Translations under genes and position numbers: made by a program
In this document: positions 1 through 10,836 of the stretch, in pieces
Position numbering within the stretch: position 1 is the first letter of the stretch
Layout of the letters: the number at the start of each line of letters is the position of its first letter
DNA from: an uncultured Aliarcobacter sp.
Lineage (GTDB): Bacteria > Campylobacterota > Campylobacteria > Campylobacterales > Arcobacteraceae
Direction: 5' to 3'
Length of the DNA: 64,000 bases
NCBI GenBank assembly: GCA_963677435.1
Contig: OY781945.1
Location: forward strand, 1,888,001-1,952,000
The notes under the pieces: model-generated
Database searches by the model: none
The model's input: the letters and a program-made list of their open reading frames with translations, nothing else
What the model was told of the DNA's origin: nothing

Positions 1-779
1 CCTTCATCATCCCAACCATGTTCATCATCACCAATCAAAGCTCTGTTTGGATCTGTTGAAAGTGTAGTTTTTCCTGTTCCTGAAAGACCAAAGAATAATG
101 CAGTATCACCATCTTTACCAATATTTGCAGAACAATGCATTGCTAGTTTACCTTCTAATGGAAGCCAGTAATTCATCATAGAGAATACACCCTTTTTCAT
201 TTCACCTGCATACCAAGTTCCACCAATAATAGCAATATTATCTTCTACATTAAAAATAACATAAACTTCTGAATGTAAACCATGACTAGCATATGCCATA
301 TCAACTGTTTTACAAGAGTTATATATAGTAAAATCGGGTTTGAAATTATCTAATTCTTCTTGTGTTTGTGGAAGTATAAACATATTTTGAATAAAATGTG
401 CTTGCCATGCAACCTCTGTAATAAATCTAACAGATTTTCTTGAATCAAGTGAAGCTCCACAATATACATCTGTTACATAAAGATCTTTGTTACTTAATTG
501 TTTTTTAGAAGTTTTAAATAAATCTTCATAAACATCTTTAGATACTTTTTTATTAATATCTCCCCATGCAATATACTTATTAGATGGATCTTGATTTACA
601 AAAAACTTATCTTTAGGACTTCTTCCTGTAAAAATACCTGTATCGATCATTAATGCACCTGATGAAGATACTTTTGCACCTTCATTTTCAACAGCATCTC
701 TTATTAATGTGTCAACATCCAAATTTCTTCTAATAATTCCAACGTTTTCTAAACCTAATGAGTCTTTAATTTCAGACAT
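1..779 (-). CDS. pckA: Phosphoenolpyruvate carboxykinase (ATP), runs off the window edge
   Basis: Not in the ORF track. Manual translation from ATG at 779 gives [14 protein letters not shown]...[15 protein letters not shown]..., with [14 protein letters not shown] and the P-loop [12 protein letters not shown]. Confidence 0.95.
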   Translation of the reverse strand, partial: MSEIKDSLGLENVGIIRRNLDVDTLIRDAVENEGAKVSSSGALMIDTGIFTGRSPKDKFFVNQDPSNKYIAWGDINKKVSKDVYEDLFKTSKKQLSNKDLYVTDVYCGASLDSRKSVRFITEVAWQAHFIQNMFILPQTQEELDNFKPDFTIYNSCKTVDMAYASHGLHSEVYVIFNVEDNIAIIGGTWYAGEMKKGVFSMMNYWLPLEGKLAMHCSANIGKDGDTALFFGLSGTGKTTLSTDPNRALIGDDEHGWDDE

Positions 780-808
780 AATTTAACTTTCCTACTTGTT
801 AATTTTAA

Positions 809-2137
809 TTATTTAAATATCGATAAAAGGACACCAGCAGCAACTGCTGAACCAATTACCCCAGCCACATTAGGACCCATCGCATGCATTAATAAAATGT
901 TCGATTTGTCATAAAGCTGACCTTCTTTACTTACAACCCTTGCTGCCATTGGCACAGCTGATACTCCTGCTGCTCCAATCAAAGGATTGATCTGATTATC
1001 TTTTGAACTTACTAAATTCATTAATTTAGCCATTATAACACCCATTGCTGTTCCTGCACTAAATGCCAAAAGACCTATTATCATAATTCCCATTGTCTCT
1101 GCTACTAAGAATTGCTCTGATGCTAGTTTTGAACCAACACCTAATCCTAAAAATATAGTTACAATATTGATTAATGCGTTTTGCATTGTATCAGAAAGTC
1201 TATCAACAACTCCTGATTCTTTCGCAAAATTTCCAAAGCATAATGCTCCAATTAATGGTGCTGCATCTGGCAATATTAAAATTGTTAGTGTTAATACTAC
1301 TAAAGGAAAGATGATTTTCTCTAGTTTTGAAACCTTTCTTGTAGATTTCATTTTTATTCTTCTCTCACTATCTGTTGTTAACATCTTCATAATTGGAGGT
1401 TGAATAACTGGTACTAATGCCATATATGAATATGCTGCTACTGCTATTGCTCCTAATAACTCAGGTGCTAAAGCAGAGGCTATAAATATAGATGTTGGTC
1501 CATCAGCTCCTCCAATAATAGAAATAGCTGCTGCTTGTTGAAGTGTAAAATCGATCCCTGGAACATATTGAGAAAGAACAACAGCACCAACAAGTGATCC
1601 AAAAATACCAAACTGTGCAGCACCACCAAGAAGGGCAGTTTTTGGATTAGCTAATAATGGACCAAAGTCTGTCATAGCTCCCACACCCATAAATATTAAT
1701 AATGGGAAAAACTCATTTGCAATTCCCATATTATAAATAATACCTAACATCCCATGGTCACTTGCCATATTAGCAATTGGAATATTTGCTAATAATCCAC
1801 CAAATCCAATTGGAAGTAGTAATAATGGTTCAAATCCTTTTTTAATTGCTAAATAAAACAATAAAAAACAAATAAGAATCATAATAACTCTACCACCACT
1901 TTGGGCAAATAGACTCATTTCTAATCCTCTTGAATCTTTTACACCTTCATGGGGTTGTAGCAGTGCTTTTATTCCAGTTGTTGCATAAAATGATGCTACT
2001 AATTCACCCATTGTTTTTGAGTGATAAGTCTCTTTATCTTGTGTATTTACAACTGACTCTGAATTTGTTGACGCAAAGCTAGTAGATGTAAAAAGTGTAA
2101 ACACAAGAAAAAAAGCTACTAATATATTTTTTTTCAT
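809..2137 (-). CDS. oadB: Na+-translocating decarboxylase beta subunit
   Basis: Polytopic membrane protein with [35 protein letters not shown] and [13 protein letters not shown]. Confidence 0.93.
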   Translation of the reverse strand: MKKNILVAFFLVFTLFTSTSFASTNSESVVNTQDKETYHSKTMGELVASFYATTGIKALLQPHEGVKDSRGLEMSLFAQSGGRVIMILICFLLFYLAIKKGFEPLLLLPIGFGGLLANIPIANMASDHGMLGIIYNMGIANEFFPLLIFMGVGAMTDFGPLLANPKTALLGGAAQFGIFGSLVGAVVLSQYVPGIDFTLQQAAAISIIGGADGPTSIFIASALAPELLGAIAVAAYSYMALVPVIQPPIMKMLTTDSERRIKMKSTRKVSKLEKIIFPLVVLTLTILILPDAAPLIGALCFGNFAKESGVVDRLSDTMQNALINIVTIFLGLGVGSKLASEQFLVAETMGIMIIGLLAFSAGTAMGVIMAKLMNLVSSKDNQINPLIGAAGVSAVPMAARVVSKEGQLYDKSNILLMHAMGPNVAGVIGSAVAAGVLLSIFK

Positions 2138-2155
2138 CAATTCCCTTTTATAACA

Positions 2156-3982
2156 TTAACCAATAATGGCTAATGTTTCTCCCTCATCTACAGCTTGAGT
2201 ATTATTAACTAAAATTTTAGTAATAGTTCCAGCAACTGGTGCATTAATCTCTATTTCCATTTTCATAGCTTCTAAAATCATAATTTGTTGATCAGCTTCA
2301 ACATAATCACCTTCTTTTACAAGAATCTTCCAAACTGCACCATTAACAGCAGCAGGAACAGCAGTTCCTCCACTTGTAACAGGTGCAGCAGCTGGAGAGG
2401 CTACTGTATTATTTACTACATTAGTATTAGCAACAGGTGTTACTTGAATATCAGCATTACCTTCAGCAATAGTTACATTAAACTTTTGACCATCAACAAC
2501 AACTGTATAATTTCCACTTGAGTTATTCATTTTCTTCTCTCCTAATTTACAATCTTTATCATCTTCACAAACAGCATCATTTTTTCTTACATTAAAAGGT
2601 GATTCACCTTTTAAGAAAGCAATACCTTTTTCATCACAAGCAGCTGCAATAAAGATATTTTCTTCAGTTGTAGCAATACCTTCTAATTCTAATCTTTGTT
2701 TCCAAACAGAGATTTTTTTCTTTTCATCTCTATCTGCAATATCTAAAGGATTTTCACTAGTTGGTTCTAGTTTTAATTTTTGTGCAGCTAAGGCTATAAT
2801 TTCTGGGTCAGCAGGAACAGGAGTTTTACCAAAGTATCCTAATACCATTTTCCCATAACCAGGAGCAATTTGTTTCCAAGGTCCAAACATTACATTTGCG
2901 TATGCTTGTTGCCAATAAAATTGAGAAACAGGAGTTACAGATGTACCATATCCACCTCTTTCAACTACTTCTCTCATAGCTTTAATAACTTCAGGGAATT
3001 TATCTAAAGTTCCATTATCTCTCATCATTTGAGTATTAGCAGTTAATGCGCCACCTGGCATTGGAGAAAAAGGAATTAAAGGAGAAACTTGTGTAGCTTC
3101 AGGGGGAATAAAGTAATCTTTTAAACAGTGATTTAATGTTTCTTGGTATTTTAGAATCTTTTCAATTTCTAAACCACCCAGATCATAATTTTTACCTTTT
3201 ACAGCATGAAGCATAGTAAGAATATCAGGTTGACTAGTTCCACCACTTACAGGAGAAGCAGCTAAATCAATACCATCAGCACCAGCATCTAAAGCAGCTA
3301 AATAACATGCAACTGAAACACCAGCAGTTTCATGGGTATGAAGTCTAATATGAGTATTATCTCCAACTAATCTTCTTGCCATTTGAATTGTTTCATATAC
3401 TTTTTGAGGCGAGCTTGTTCCAGAAGCATCTTTAAAACAGATTGAATCATAAGGAAGTCCACTATCAAGAATTTGTCTTAATGTTTTTTCATAAAAAGCA
3501 ACATCATGAGCACCAAAACAACCAGGAGGTAAATCCATCAATGTGATTACTACTTCATGGTTTAAACCATATTTTTTAATACATTCAGCAGAATATTCAA
3601 GATTTTGAACATCATTTAAAGCATCAAAGTTACGAATAGTTGTTGTTCCATGTTTTTCGAACATTTTTGCATGTAAGTCGATTAGTTCTCTTGATCCCGT
3701 ATCTAGCATAACTGTGTTTATACCACGAGCCAAAGTTTGTAAGTTTGCATCTGGGCCAACGATTTGCCTAAATTTATCCATCATATCAAATGCATTTTCT
3801 TGAAGATAGAAGAATAAAGATTGGAACCTAGCTCCTCCACCGAACTCAAAGTGAGTTATCCCAGCTTCTTTTGCAGCAGCAACTGCTGGAAAGAAATCAT
3901 TCATTAGAACTCTTCCTCCAAAGACAGATTGGAATCCATCCCTAAAAGTTGTGTCCATGATATCTATATATTTTTTAGACAT
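2156..3982 (-). CDS. oadA: Oxaloacetate decarboxylase alpha / pyruvate carboxylase B-type carboxyltransferase with biotinyl domain
   Basis: DTTFRDGFQS, HTH metal motif, C-terminal biotin attachment EAMKM; lies between oadG and oadB. Confidence 0.85.
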   Translation of the reverse strand: MSKKYIDIMDTTFRDGFQSVFGGRVLMNDFFPAVAAAKEAGITHFEFGGGARFQSLFFYLQENAFDMMDKFRQIVGPDANLQTLARGINTVMLDTGSRELIDLHAKMFEKHGTTTIRNFDALNDVQNLEYSAECIKKYGLNHEVVITLMDLPPGCFGAHDVAFYEKTLRQILDSGLPYDSICFKDASGTSSPQKVYETIQMARRLVGDNTHIRLHTHETAGVSVACYLAALDAGADGIDLAASPVSGGTSQPDILTMLHAVKGKNYDLGGLEIEKILKYQETLNHCLKDYFIPPEATQVSPLIPFSPMPGGALTANTQMMRDNGTLDKFPEVIKAMREVVERGGYGTSVTPVSQFYWQQAYANVMFGPWKQIAPGYGKMVLGYFGKTPVPADPEIIALAAQKLKLEPTSENPLDIADRDEKKKISVWKQRLELEGIATTEENIFIAAACDEKGIAFLKGESPFNVRKNDAVCEDDKDCKLGEKKMNNSSGNYTVVVDGQKFNVTIAEGNADIQVTPVANTNVVNNTVASPAAAPVTSGGTAVPAAVNGAVWKILVKEGDYVEADQQIMILEAMKMEIEINAPVAGTITKILVNNTQAVDEGETLAIIG

Positions 3983-3987
3983 ATATT

Positions 3988-4239
3988 TTAACCCTTTAGA
4001 TTTTTATGATGTTGCACTGCTGCAACTATTGCGGCTATTTTTGCAGTTTCTACATTTGTATTATTCGCTTTTACTGGTGTTGTTACTACACTTACAATTT
4101 TTTCTTTTTGTGGAAAAAATCTTGTTAGTATTGCTCCTTGTGCTTTTAATACAAATATCATTATTATTAGGAATGCAAATACTACGCCCATCCCTAAAAA
4201 CATGAATTTTATTGACTCTGCTACTAAGTTTATTTCCAT
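3988..4239 (-). CDS. oadG: Na+-translocating decarboxylase gamma subunit
   Basis: One TM helix (LGMGVVFAFL) and C-terminal AAIVAAV..HH; GGAGAG SD before ATG at 4239. Confidence 0.85.
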   Translation of the reverse strand: MEINLVAESIKFMFLGMGVVFAFLIIMIFVLKAQGAILTRFFPQKEKIVSVVTTPVKANNTNVETAKIAAIVAAVQHHKNLKG

Positions 4240-4567
4240 AATACTCTCCATGGTTACCATCTGTAATTGTCAATGTAATAATATATAAAAGTTGCTTTAG
4301 TAATATTTATATTTTGATTTGATTATTGTTAAATTTATAAATTTTACTGAGTTTTAGTTATTATAATATTTTTTCTCCAAATTCATAAATTAAATTATCT
4401 AATTTAATTAATATTTTTATTATATCTGCTTTTGTTTTTATCAATTTCACTGACATTTTGAATCCTTTTTAATAAAATATTTCAAATATTATAATATTTA
4501 TTTAAAATACTTGAAAAATATTTCATTTTGTAATATAATTGTTCTAATATTAAAAAAAGGAAAACTT

Positions 4568-5224
4568 ATGTTAATAGTTGATGAAATTATTGAAAAGTTA
4601 AAAGATATTTTAAGTGCAGATGGTAGAAATGGCAAAATATTTGATAAAGATGTTGCAAATTCTTTAGAATTGAGCCAAGCAAATTTTGCAACTATGAAAA
4701 ATAGAGGTAAAATTCCTTTCTCAAATATCTTAAATTTCTGTGCAAAAAAGAAAATCTCAATTAATTGGCTTTTATATGATCAAAATCCAGGTTCACTAGT
4801 TGATACAACAGATAAATATTGGATTAAATATTATCCATCCGTTTCAGTTAGTGCAGGAGGAGGAGCATATGAAGCAGAAGATGCTTATGAATCACTACAA
4901 TTACCAACTTATTTTGTAAGTATGTTAGGTGGAAAAGAAAATTTAAAAAACATTGATGCTATTAATGTTGTAGGAGATTCAATGGAACCCACATTAAATA
5001 GTGATAACATTATATTTATTGATAAAACAAAAAAAGATTTAAGCAGAGATGGAATTTATGCCTTTACCACAACACATGGATTATTTGTAAAAAGAATTCA
5101 AAGAAGAGTTGATGGAAAGTTAGATATTATTTCTGATAATAAGGATTATCCATCTCAAATTTTAAATAAAATGGAATTAGAGATATTAGGAAAAGTTATA
5201 AGTTCTTTTGGAATGGTTTACTAA
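4568..5224 (+). CDS. CI/LexA-like repressor (N-terminal HTH plus S24 peptidase)
   Basis: Ala-Gly site (VSAGGG), catalytic Ser (GDSMEP) and Lys (FVKRI); AAGGA SD before ATG at 4568. Confidence 0.85.
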   Translation: MLIVDEIIEKLKDILSADGRNGKIFDKDVANSLELSQANFATMKNRGKIPFSNILNFCAKKKISINWLLYDQNPGSLVDTTDKYWIKYYPSVSVSAGGGAYEAEDAYESLQLPTYFVSMLGGKENLKNIDAINVVGDSMEPTLNSDNIIFIDKTKKDLSRDGIYAFTTTHGLFVKRIQRRVDGKLDIISDNKDYPSQILNKMELEILGKVISSFGMVY

Positions 5225-5227
5225 ATT

Positions 5228-6226
5228 TTAAAAAAGTGTTAAACTTTTTTCACTTTTTAATAAGTACTCTTGAACTTGATTATAATTAAAACCCATTAGA
5301 TATATAGCATTAAATTTTATCTTTTTTAAAATAGGTTTTAATTCATCAAGTTCTTTTATAATAATTTGTTCATCTTCTTTTAAATATTCAGTATAATTAG
5401 TAGTTATAAAAATAGTTCTTGCATATTTATACTTTTTTCGCATATATAAAATTTCATTTGCATATAAACTTTGTGTGTCTTGTGCAACAATAAATCTATC
5501 ACTTCTACCAAATTCAATTAAATTAAAATTTCTATCTATAAAAAGTGGTTTTAGATTATTAAACATTTTTAATTTTGAGAAATCCATATTTCCACCTAAA
5601 AAAATATGGATTCTTAAAAATTGAGCTAAGTATAAACTAGGAATTTTTATTTTTGAAAAGTATTGATTATTAAATGAAAAAGAGGTTTCAAATAGTGAAT
5701 GTTCTATTAAATTTTCTATTTCTAATTTATTAGCAATTTTAGTAAAATCTTTATTATCAGGATAGATTTTATTTAATATATCTTCATTTAAAGAGATGAT
5801 AATATCATCTTGTTCAATTTCATCAATATTTTTGAATAAATTTTCTAGTTTTGTTGGTATTAATTTAATAGACTTTGTAAAAGTCGAAGAATAAATCTTT
5901 AATAATTGATAAGTTATCTTATCGCAAAAGTAAGCTTCTAAATTTACAATTGATAATTTATATCTAATTAGTTTTATTATGCAAGCATTAATATCTTTTA
6001 CTTTTATCCAAGCTATCTCATTATCAATAATTGCTGAATTTGTATCTAATATAAGTGCAAAAGCACCATTTTTTATAGCTACTTCTATATCATTCAAATC
6101 TTTAACAATGAATAAATCACCTTCTTTTACTTTGTTAGGATTAGTTTTAATAGAATAGATGAAAGAGATTGATGGAGAGTTTAATAAACTTCCATCAACA
6201 ATATCTAAAATAGATGATATTTGCAC
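5228..6226 (-). CDS. Conserved hypothetical protein; N-terminus resembles a Mur-ligase N-domain
   Basis: 332-aa ORF coupled to metG; contains the segment IKTNPNKVKEGDLFIV. Confidence 0.6.
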   Translation of the reverse strand: MQISSILDIVDGSLLNSPSISFIYSIKTNPNKVKEGDLFIVKDLNDIEVAIKNGAFALILDTNSAIIDNEIAWIKVKDINACIIKLIRYKLSIVNLEAYFCDKITYQLLKIYSSTFTKSIKLIPTKLENLFKNIDEIEQDDIIISLNEDILNKIYPDNKDFTKIANKLEIENLIEHSLFETSFSFNNQYFSKIKIPSLYLAQFLRIHIFLGGNMDFSKLKMFNNLKPLFIDRNFNLIEFGRSDRFIVAQDTQSLYANEILYMRKKYKYARTIFITTNYTEYLKEDEQIIIKELDELKPILKKIKFNAIYLMGFNYNQVQEYLLKSEKSLTLF

Positions 6227-8175
6227 TAGCTTATTTTTGTTCCAGATTTTTTAGGCGCTTCTGGTCTTATTAATGATAAACCATTTTCATCTTTAGCTGC
6301 CATCAACATACCTTCACTTAACATTCCCATTAATTTTGCAGGTTTTAAATTAGCTACAACACAAGCTTGTGTTCCTACTAACTCTTCAGCAGAATAATAC
6401 TCTTTAATTCCAGCTAAAATTTGTCTATTTCTTCCTTCACCTAAATCTACTTGTAATTTTAGAAGTTTTGCAGACTTTGGAACTTCTACTGCTTCAACAA
6501 TAGTTCCAATCTTTAATGTTGTTTGAAAAAATTGATCAATTGTAATTAAATTATCATCTTCTACAATAGCAATTTCTTCTTTTTTTGTTTCACATTCAGT
6601 TTTTGAAATATCAGAAGATGCTGGTTGTTCTAATAAAATCTCCTCAATTCGGGGGAATAGTTGGTCAACTTTTGTAATAACTGTATCATCTAATAAAGCC
6701 TTATTTAGAATCAAAGAGTTATAAGTTGTAGTATCTATTTTCATTCCTAATGACTCTGCTATTTTTGCAATTTTTTCAGGCATAACAGCATCTAAAAGTA
6801 GGGCAACTTTCGCCATAATATTTGTAATTAATGCAACTAAAGCCATAGCTTCATCAGCTTTTCCATCTTTCATTAAATTCCATGGTTCATAATCATTAAT
6901 TGCTTTATTTGCAATTGTTAATACTTTCCATAAATCTTCTAAATATCTATTAAGTTGCATATTAAAAATATAAGCTTCTACATTTTCTAAAATTGCATTT
7001 ACTTCTGCTAGTTCTTTTGCATGAAATTTTTCAACATTAACTGAGCTTACTTTATAATCAAAATATTTGCCACTCATTCCAGAAATTCTATTTAATAAAT
7101 TTCCTAAATCATTTCCTAAATCTGAGTTAATTCTATCAATTAAAGCTTTTTGAGAAAAATCTCCATCTTGCCCAAATGGAACTTCTCTTAACATAAAATA
7201 TCTAAATGCATCAAGACCATAAGCATCAGCTACAACTTTAGGATCAACAACATTTCCTTTAGATTTTGACATTTTTTCGCCATCTCTTGTCCACCAACCA
7301 TGAGCAGCAATGTGTTTTGGAAGAGGCAATTCTAGTGACATTAAAAATGCAGGCCAATAAATAGCATGAAATCTTAAAATATCTTTTCCAACAAGTTGCA
7401 CATTTGCAGGCCAGAACTTCATATTAGCCTCATCTGTTCCATATCCAAGTGCAGTAATATAGTTCATTAAAGCATCAAGCCACACATACATAACATGTTT
7501 TGGTTCATTCATTGATTCTGGTAATTTAACACCCCAATCAAAAGAAGTTCTAGAAATTGATAAGTCTCTTAATCCACTTTTTACAAAGTTTGAAATCTCA
7601 TTTTTCTTTGCTCGAGGTAAAATACAATCTTCATTTTCTTCATACCATTTAATTAGTTTATCTTCATATTTTGATAATTTAAAGAAATAACTCTCTTCTT
7701 TTACAATTGAAGTAGCTCTTCCACAGTCTGGACAAAATTGTTCGTCTACTAATTGTTTTTCAGTAAAAAATGTTTCACAAGATACACAATAAAAACCTTC
7801 ATATTCACCTTTGTAAATATCACCTTTATTGTACATTGTTTCAAAAGCTTTTTGAACACCTAATTTATGTTCCTCATCTGTTGTTCTAATAAATTTATTA
7901 TAAGAAATATCAAAATCATCCCATAATGTTCTAAATTTACCAGATATTTCATCTGCATACTCTTTTGGTGTTTTTCCCCTAGCTTCTGCACTTTGAGCAA
8001 TTTTTTGCCCATGTTCATCAGTACCAGTTAAAAGGAAAGTATTTAAGCCTGTTAATCTTGAATATCTAGCTAACATATCAGCTATAATCGTAGTATATGC
8101 ATGACCAATATGAGCTACATCATTTACATAATAAATTGGTGTTGTTATATAAACATTTTTACAAGATTCTTCCAT
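6226..8175 (-). CDS. metG: Methionine--tRNA ligase
   Basis: YITTPIYYVN, HIGH, KMSKS, Zn knuckle and C-terminal tRNA-binding (Trbp111-like) domain. Confidence 0.97.
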   Translation of the reverse strand: MEESCKNVYITTPIYYVNDVAHIGHAYTTIIADMLARYSRLTGLNTFLLTGTDEHGQKIAQSAEARGKTPKEYADEISGKFRTLWDDFDISYNKFIRTTDEEHKLGVQKAFETMYNKGDIYKGEYEGFYCVSCETFFTEKQLVDEQFCPDCGRATSIVKEESYFFKLSKYEDKLIKWYEENEDCILPRAKKNEISNFVKSGLRDLSISRTSFDWGVKLPESMNEPKHVMYVWLDALMNYITALGYGTDEANMKFWPANVQLVGKDILRFHAIYWPAFLMSLELPLPKHIAAHGWWTRDGEKMSKSKGNVVDPKVVADAYGLDAFRYFMLREVPFGQDGDFSQKALIDRINSDLGNDLGNLLNRISGMSGKYFDYKVSSVNVEKFHAKELAEVNAILENVEAYIFNMQLNRYLEDLWKVLTIANKAINDYEPWNLMKDGKADEAMALVALITNIMAKVALLLDAVMPEKIAKIAESLGMKIDTTTYNSLILNKALLDDTVITKVDQLFPRIEEILLEQPASSDISKTECETKKEEIAIVEDDNLITIDQFFQTTLKIGTIVEAVEVPKSAKLLKLQVDLGEGRNRQILAGIKEYYSAEELVGTQACVVANLKPAKLMGMLSEGMLMAAKDENGLSLIRPEAPKKSGTKIS

Positions 8176-8205
8176 TGTTACCTCTTTTTCTTTTTTATAA
8201 TTATA

Positions 8206-8412
8206 TTAAAATTCAAATCCACCGCCAGCACCTTTATTCATAGATTCATAAACGGCTATAACATACTTTTTTCTTAATTCACATTCAAAAAATTTACTAC
8301 AATCTGAACATGATTTTAAACTATTTGATTCTTGACAAGCTTTTAATTCAACTAGCATTTTATCTAGTTTTATATCCCATTCATCAATAACTATATTTTC
8401 ATGATTAGACAT
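8206..8412 (-). CDS. Small Cys-rich conserved hypothetical protein
   Basis: 68 aa with C..CxxC..C pattern, ends GGFEF; overlaps the fbp stop. Confidence 0.7.
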   Translation of the reverse strand: MSNHENIVIDEWDIKLDKMLVELKACQESNSLKSCSDCSKFFECELRKKYVIAVYESMNKGAGGGFEF

Positions 8413-9247
8413 TTTTACTATAAACTTCTAAAACTCTTTTTATTTCACTGTTTGAACCAAAAAAACATGGAGTTGTATCATGAATATGAGTAGTCTCTAC
8501 ATCTAAAACTCTTTTAAATCCATCAACAGCACCACCACCAGCTTTTTCATAAGTTAAAGCAAAAGGAAATACTTCAAATAATTGTCTTAACTTTCCTTTT
8601 GGTCTATCAGTAGTTCCTGGATATGAAAATAATCCTCCACCTTTTAATAAAATTTGATGAAGATCTGGTACCATTCCGCCACTATATCTTAATCTATAAC
8701 CATCATTAAAAATATCATCAATTAATTGTTTATGAAAAGGTGTCCAACAATTTTGTGTTGAACCTGGTGCATTTAATTTACCTTTTTCATTTAGTTTAAT
8801 ATCTTGAATAAATTTAAATTCATTATTTAAAAGTCTGTACATTTTTACATCATTTGTTGTTACAACCATTTCAACTCTTGGTCCAAATACAACATAAACA
8901 GAAGCAACAATATTAGCAGCATTAAATTCATTTTCATAAATACCAAAAATTGAACCAACAGATAAATTTACATCAACTAAAGATGAACCATCTAATGGGT
9001 CATAAGCAATTAAATATTTTCCATTTTCATTTAAATTTACAATAGCTTCTTGTTCTTCACTAACTATTGCTTTAATTGATGAAATTTTTTTAAAAATGTC
9101 TTCAATAATTTCATCACTTGCAATATCAAGTTTTAATTGAGTGTCACCTGTTGAATTTTCGTGTTCACTTTTACCTGTATCGCCAGTTTGAATTAAATCT
9201 CTTATTTTAATTGCTGATTCTTCAATTGCTTTAATAATTTCTTGCAT
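8405..9247 (-). CDS. fbp: Class 1 fructose-1,6-bisphosphatase
   Basis: [27 protein letters not shown] and GKLRQLFE motifs. Confidence 0.95.
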   Translation of the reverse strand: MQEIIKAIEESAIKIRDLIQTGDTGKSEHENSTGDTQLKLDIASDEIIEDIFKKISSIKAIVSEEQEAIVNLNENGKYLIAYDPLDGSSLVDVNLSVGSIFGIYENEFNAANIVASVYVVFGPRVEMVVTTNDVKMYRLLNNEFKFIQDIKLNEKGKLNAPGSTQNCWTPFHKQLIDDIFNDGYRLRYSGGMVPDLHQILLKGGGLFSYPGTTDRPKGKLRQLFEVFPFALTYEKAGGGAVDGFKRVLDVETTHIHDTTPCFFGSNSEIKRVLEVYSKNV

Positions 9248-9248
9248 T

Positions 9249-9746
9249 TTATACTCTCTTTGCATTTTTATTAATCCATAAGATTATCTCTTCTGGATTA
9301 TTTAAATCTAATATGTCTAAATCGTTAGGAATATCATTGTTATTTATAGTTTCATCACAAGCAATTGCATTTGAAACACTAAAATAACTCTCATCCAATC
9401 TATTTCTAAAAATAGAAATTCTTGGTAAGTCAAGACTTTTTAAACCTTCAACTAATAAATAATCAAAATCTTGAAATAGTTCAATCATTTCACCTATAGT
9501 TGATGTACTTTTTTTAAATAAAGTTGTTTTATTTGGACTTATAACAGCAACATCAGCACCTGTTTGAGAGAATTTAAAAGAATCTTTTCCTTCTCTATCA
9601 AAAACTGCTTTGTCTTTTGGATCATGTTTGATAATACAAACTTTAAACCCACTGTCATTGAGAATACTTGCTACTTTTATAATAGCAGTTGTTTTACCAC
9701 TATTTGACGGACCTGAAAAGGCTACTACTAATCTTTTTTTATTCAT
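9249..9746 (-). CDS. mobB: Molybdopterin-guanine dinucleotide biosynthesis protein B
   Basis: [14 protein letters not shown] and LVEGLK. Confidence 0.9.
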   Translation of the reverse strand: MNKKRLVVAFSGPSNSGKTTAIIKVASILNDSGFKVCIIKHDPKDKAVFDREGKDSFKFSQTGADVAVISPNKTTLFKKSTSTIGEMIELFQDFDYLLVEGLKSLDLPRISIFRNRLDESYFSVSNAIACDETINNNDIPNDLDILDLNNPEEIILWINKNAKRV

Positions 9747-9817
9747 AAAGTGGATTTTATCTAAATGATTGTTAAAATTGTTTTAGTTCATTGAATTGTA
9801 ATTAAAATAAATTATGA

Positions 9818-10258
9818 TTAGTCATGTACAACTTGTATTTTTTTGAAATCAGGGTATATAAATGCACTAAACGGAACAATTAAAATCAATATTAACCATA
9901 ATAATTTATTACTTCTTTCTTTAAAACTATTTTTAGTTATCGATATTAAAGAATAAACCCAAATAATGATATAGTTTATTAAAAAAATCATAATAAATAA
10001 AAATAATCCAAAATATAATCCAATAGAAAGTAATATAAAATTTAAAATTAATTGAGTAATTAAAATAGTTGGTTTATATTTCGGTTTAATTTCTAAATAT
10101 GGAGATCTCATAATGTTTTTGACTGTAATTTCTGGTGAATTTCGTCTTAAAGTACTTTTTAAATTTCCATGAATTTTTATTCTTATATTCTTATTCTTTT
10201 TCATTCTTTGCCTTAGATATAACTTATTATTTAAATCATTGAATTCTGATGATAACAT
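9818..10258 (-). CDS. Small membrane protein, C-terminal PLDc_N-like helices (start may be ATG at ~10204)
   Basis: Basic N-terminus, 2-3 TM helices, KLLWLILILIVP motif. Confidence 0.55.
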   Translation of the reverse strand: MLSSEFNDLNNKLYLRQRMKKNKNIRIKIHGNLKSTLRRNSPEITVKNIMRSPYLEIKPKYKPTILITQLILNFILLSIGLYFGLFLFIMIFLINYIIIWVYSLISITKNSFKERSNKLLWLILILIVPFSAFIYPDFKKIQVVHD

Positions 10259-10356
10259 TTTTACTTGAAAATATAATAAAAAATTCTAAAAATTCGTTAG
10301 GTTGTCCTAAAGTTGAATTAATGTACAATATATATTATTAAAGTCATGGAGAATTT

Positions 10357-10836
10357 ATGTACAAAATGTTATTTCTTTTAATTATTTCACTTTTTTTTAC
10401 ATCATGTAGCAGTAAAAATAATGCATTTAAATATTTTGAAAAAGATGAAATAGAAACAAAAGGTGTTCAATATACAAAAAAAACTGATATATTAAAAAAT
10501 AAAGAAGTAGAAGTTATATTTTGGGCTACTTATTTAAATAAAATTGATAAGAATATTACTAATTTAAATAAAGAGTTATTCTTAGTATCTGTTTATTTTA
10601 CAAATAAAGAGTCACAAGATCTTATAAAAAATAATTACACTTTTTCATTAAATGGGAAAGATGCAATTAGTATTGAAGAAGTTGAAAAAGACAATGAAAA
10701 CTTCAAAAGTATAATGTTAAAAAATAGTTGGGGGAATTATTATTTAGTTAAATTTGATGCCCAAGACAGCTATAAATTAACATTAAAACTAAAAAGTAAG
10801 AGTTCTAATTCGGCGCAACTAAGCTTTGAAAAATAG
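10357..10836 (+). CDS. Putative lipoprotein
   Basis: Lipobox FTSC after a hydrophobic signal; GGAGA SD. Confidence 0.75.
   Translation: MYKMLFLLIISLFFTSCSSKNNAFKYFEKDEIETKGVQYTKKTDILKNKEVEVIFWATYLNKIDKNITNLNKELFLVSVYFTNKESQDLIKNNYTFSLNGKDAISIEEVEKDNENFKSIMLKNSWGNYYLVKFDAQDSYKLTLKLKSKSSNSAQLSFEK

Noticed and set aside
4484..4499. Perfect 16-bp palindrome AAATATTATAATATTT upstream of the repressor
   Set aside because: Pure A/T in a very AT-rich spacer, so it cannot be distinguished from chance.
4568..5224. Prophage implied by the CI-like repressor
   Set aside because: Flanked by oad and metG operon genes; no integrase, structural or replication genes.
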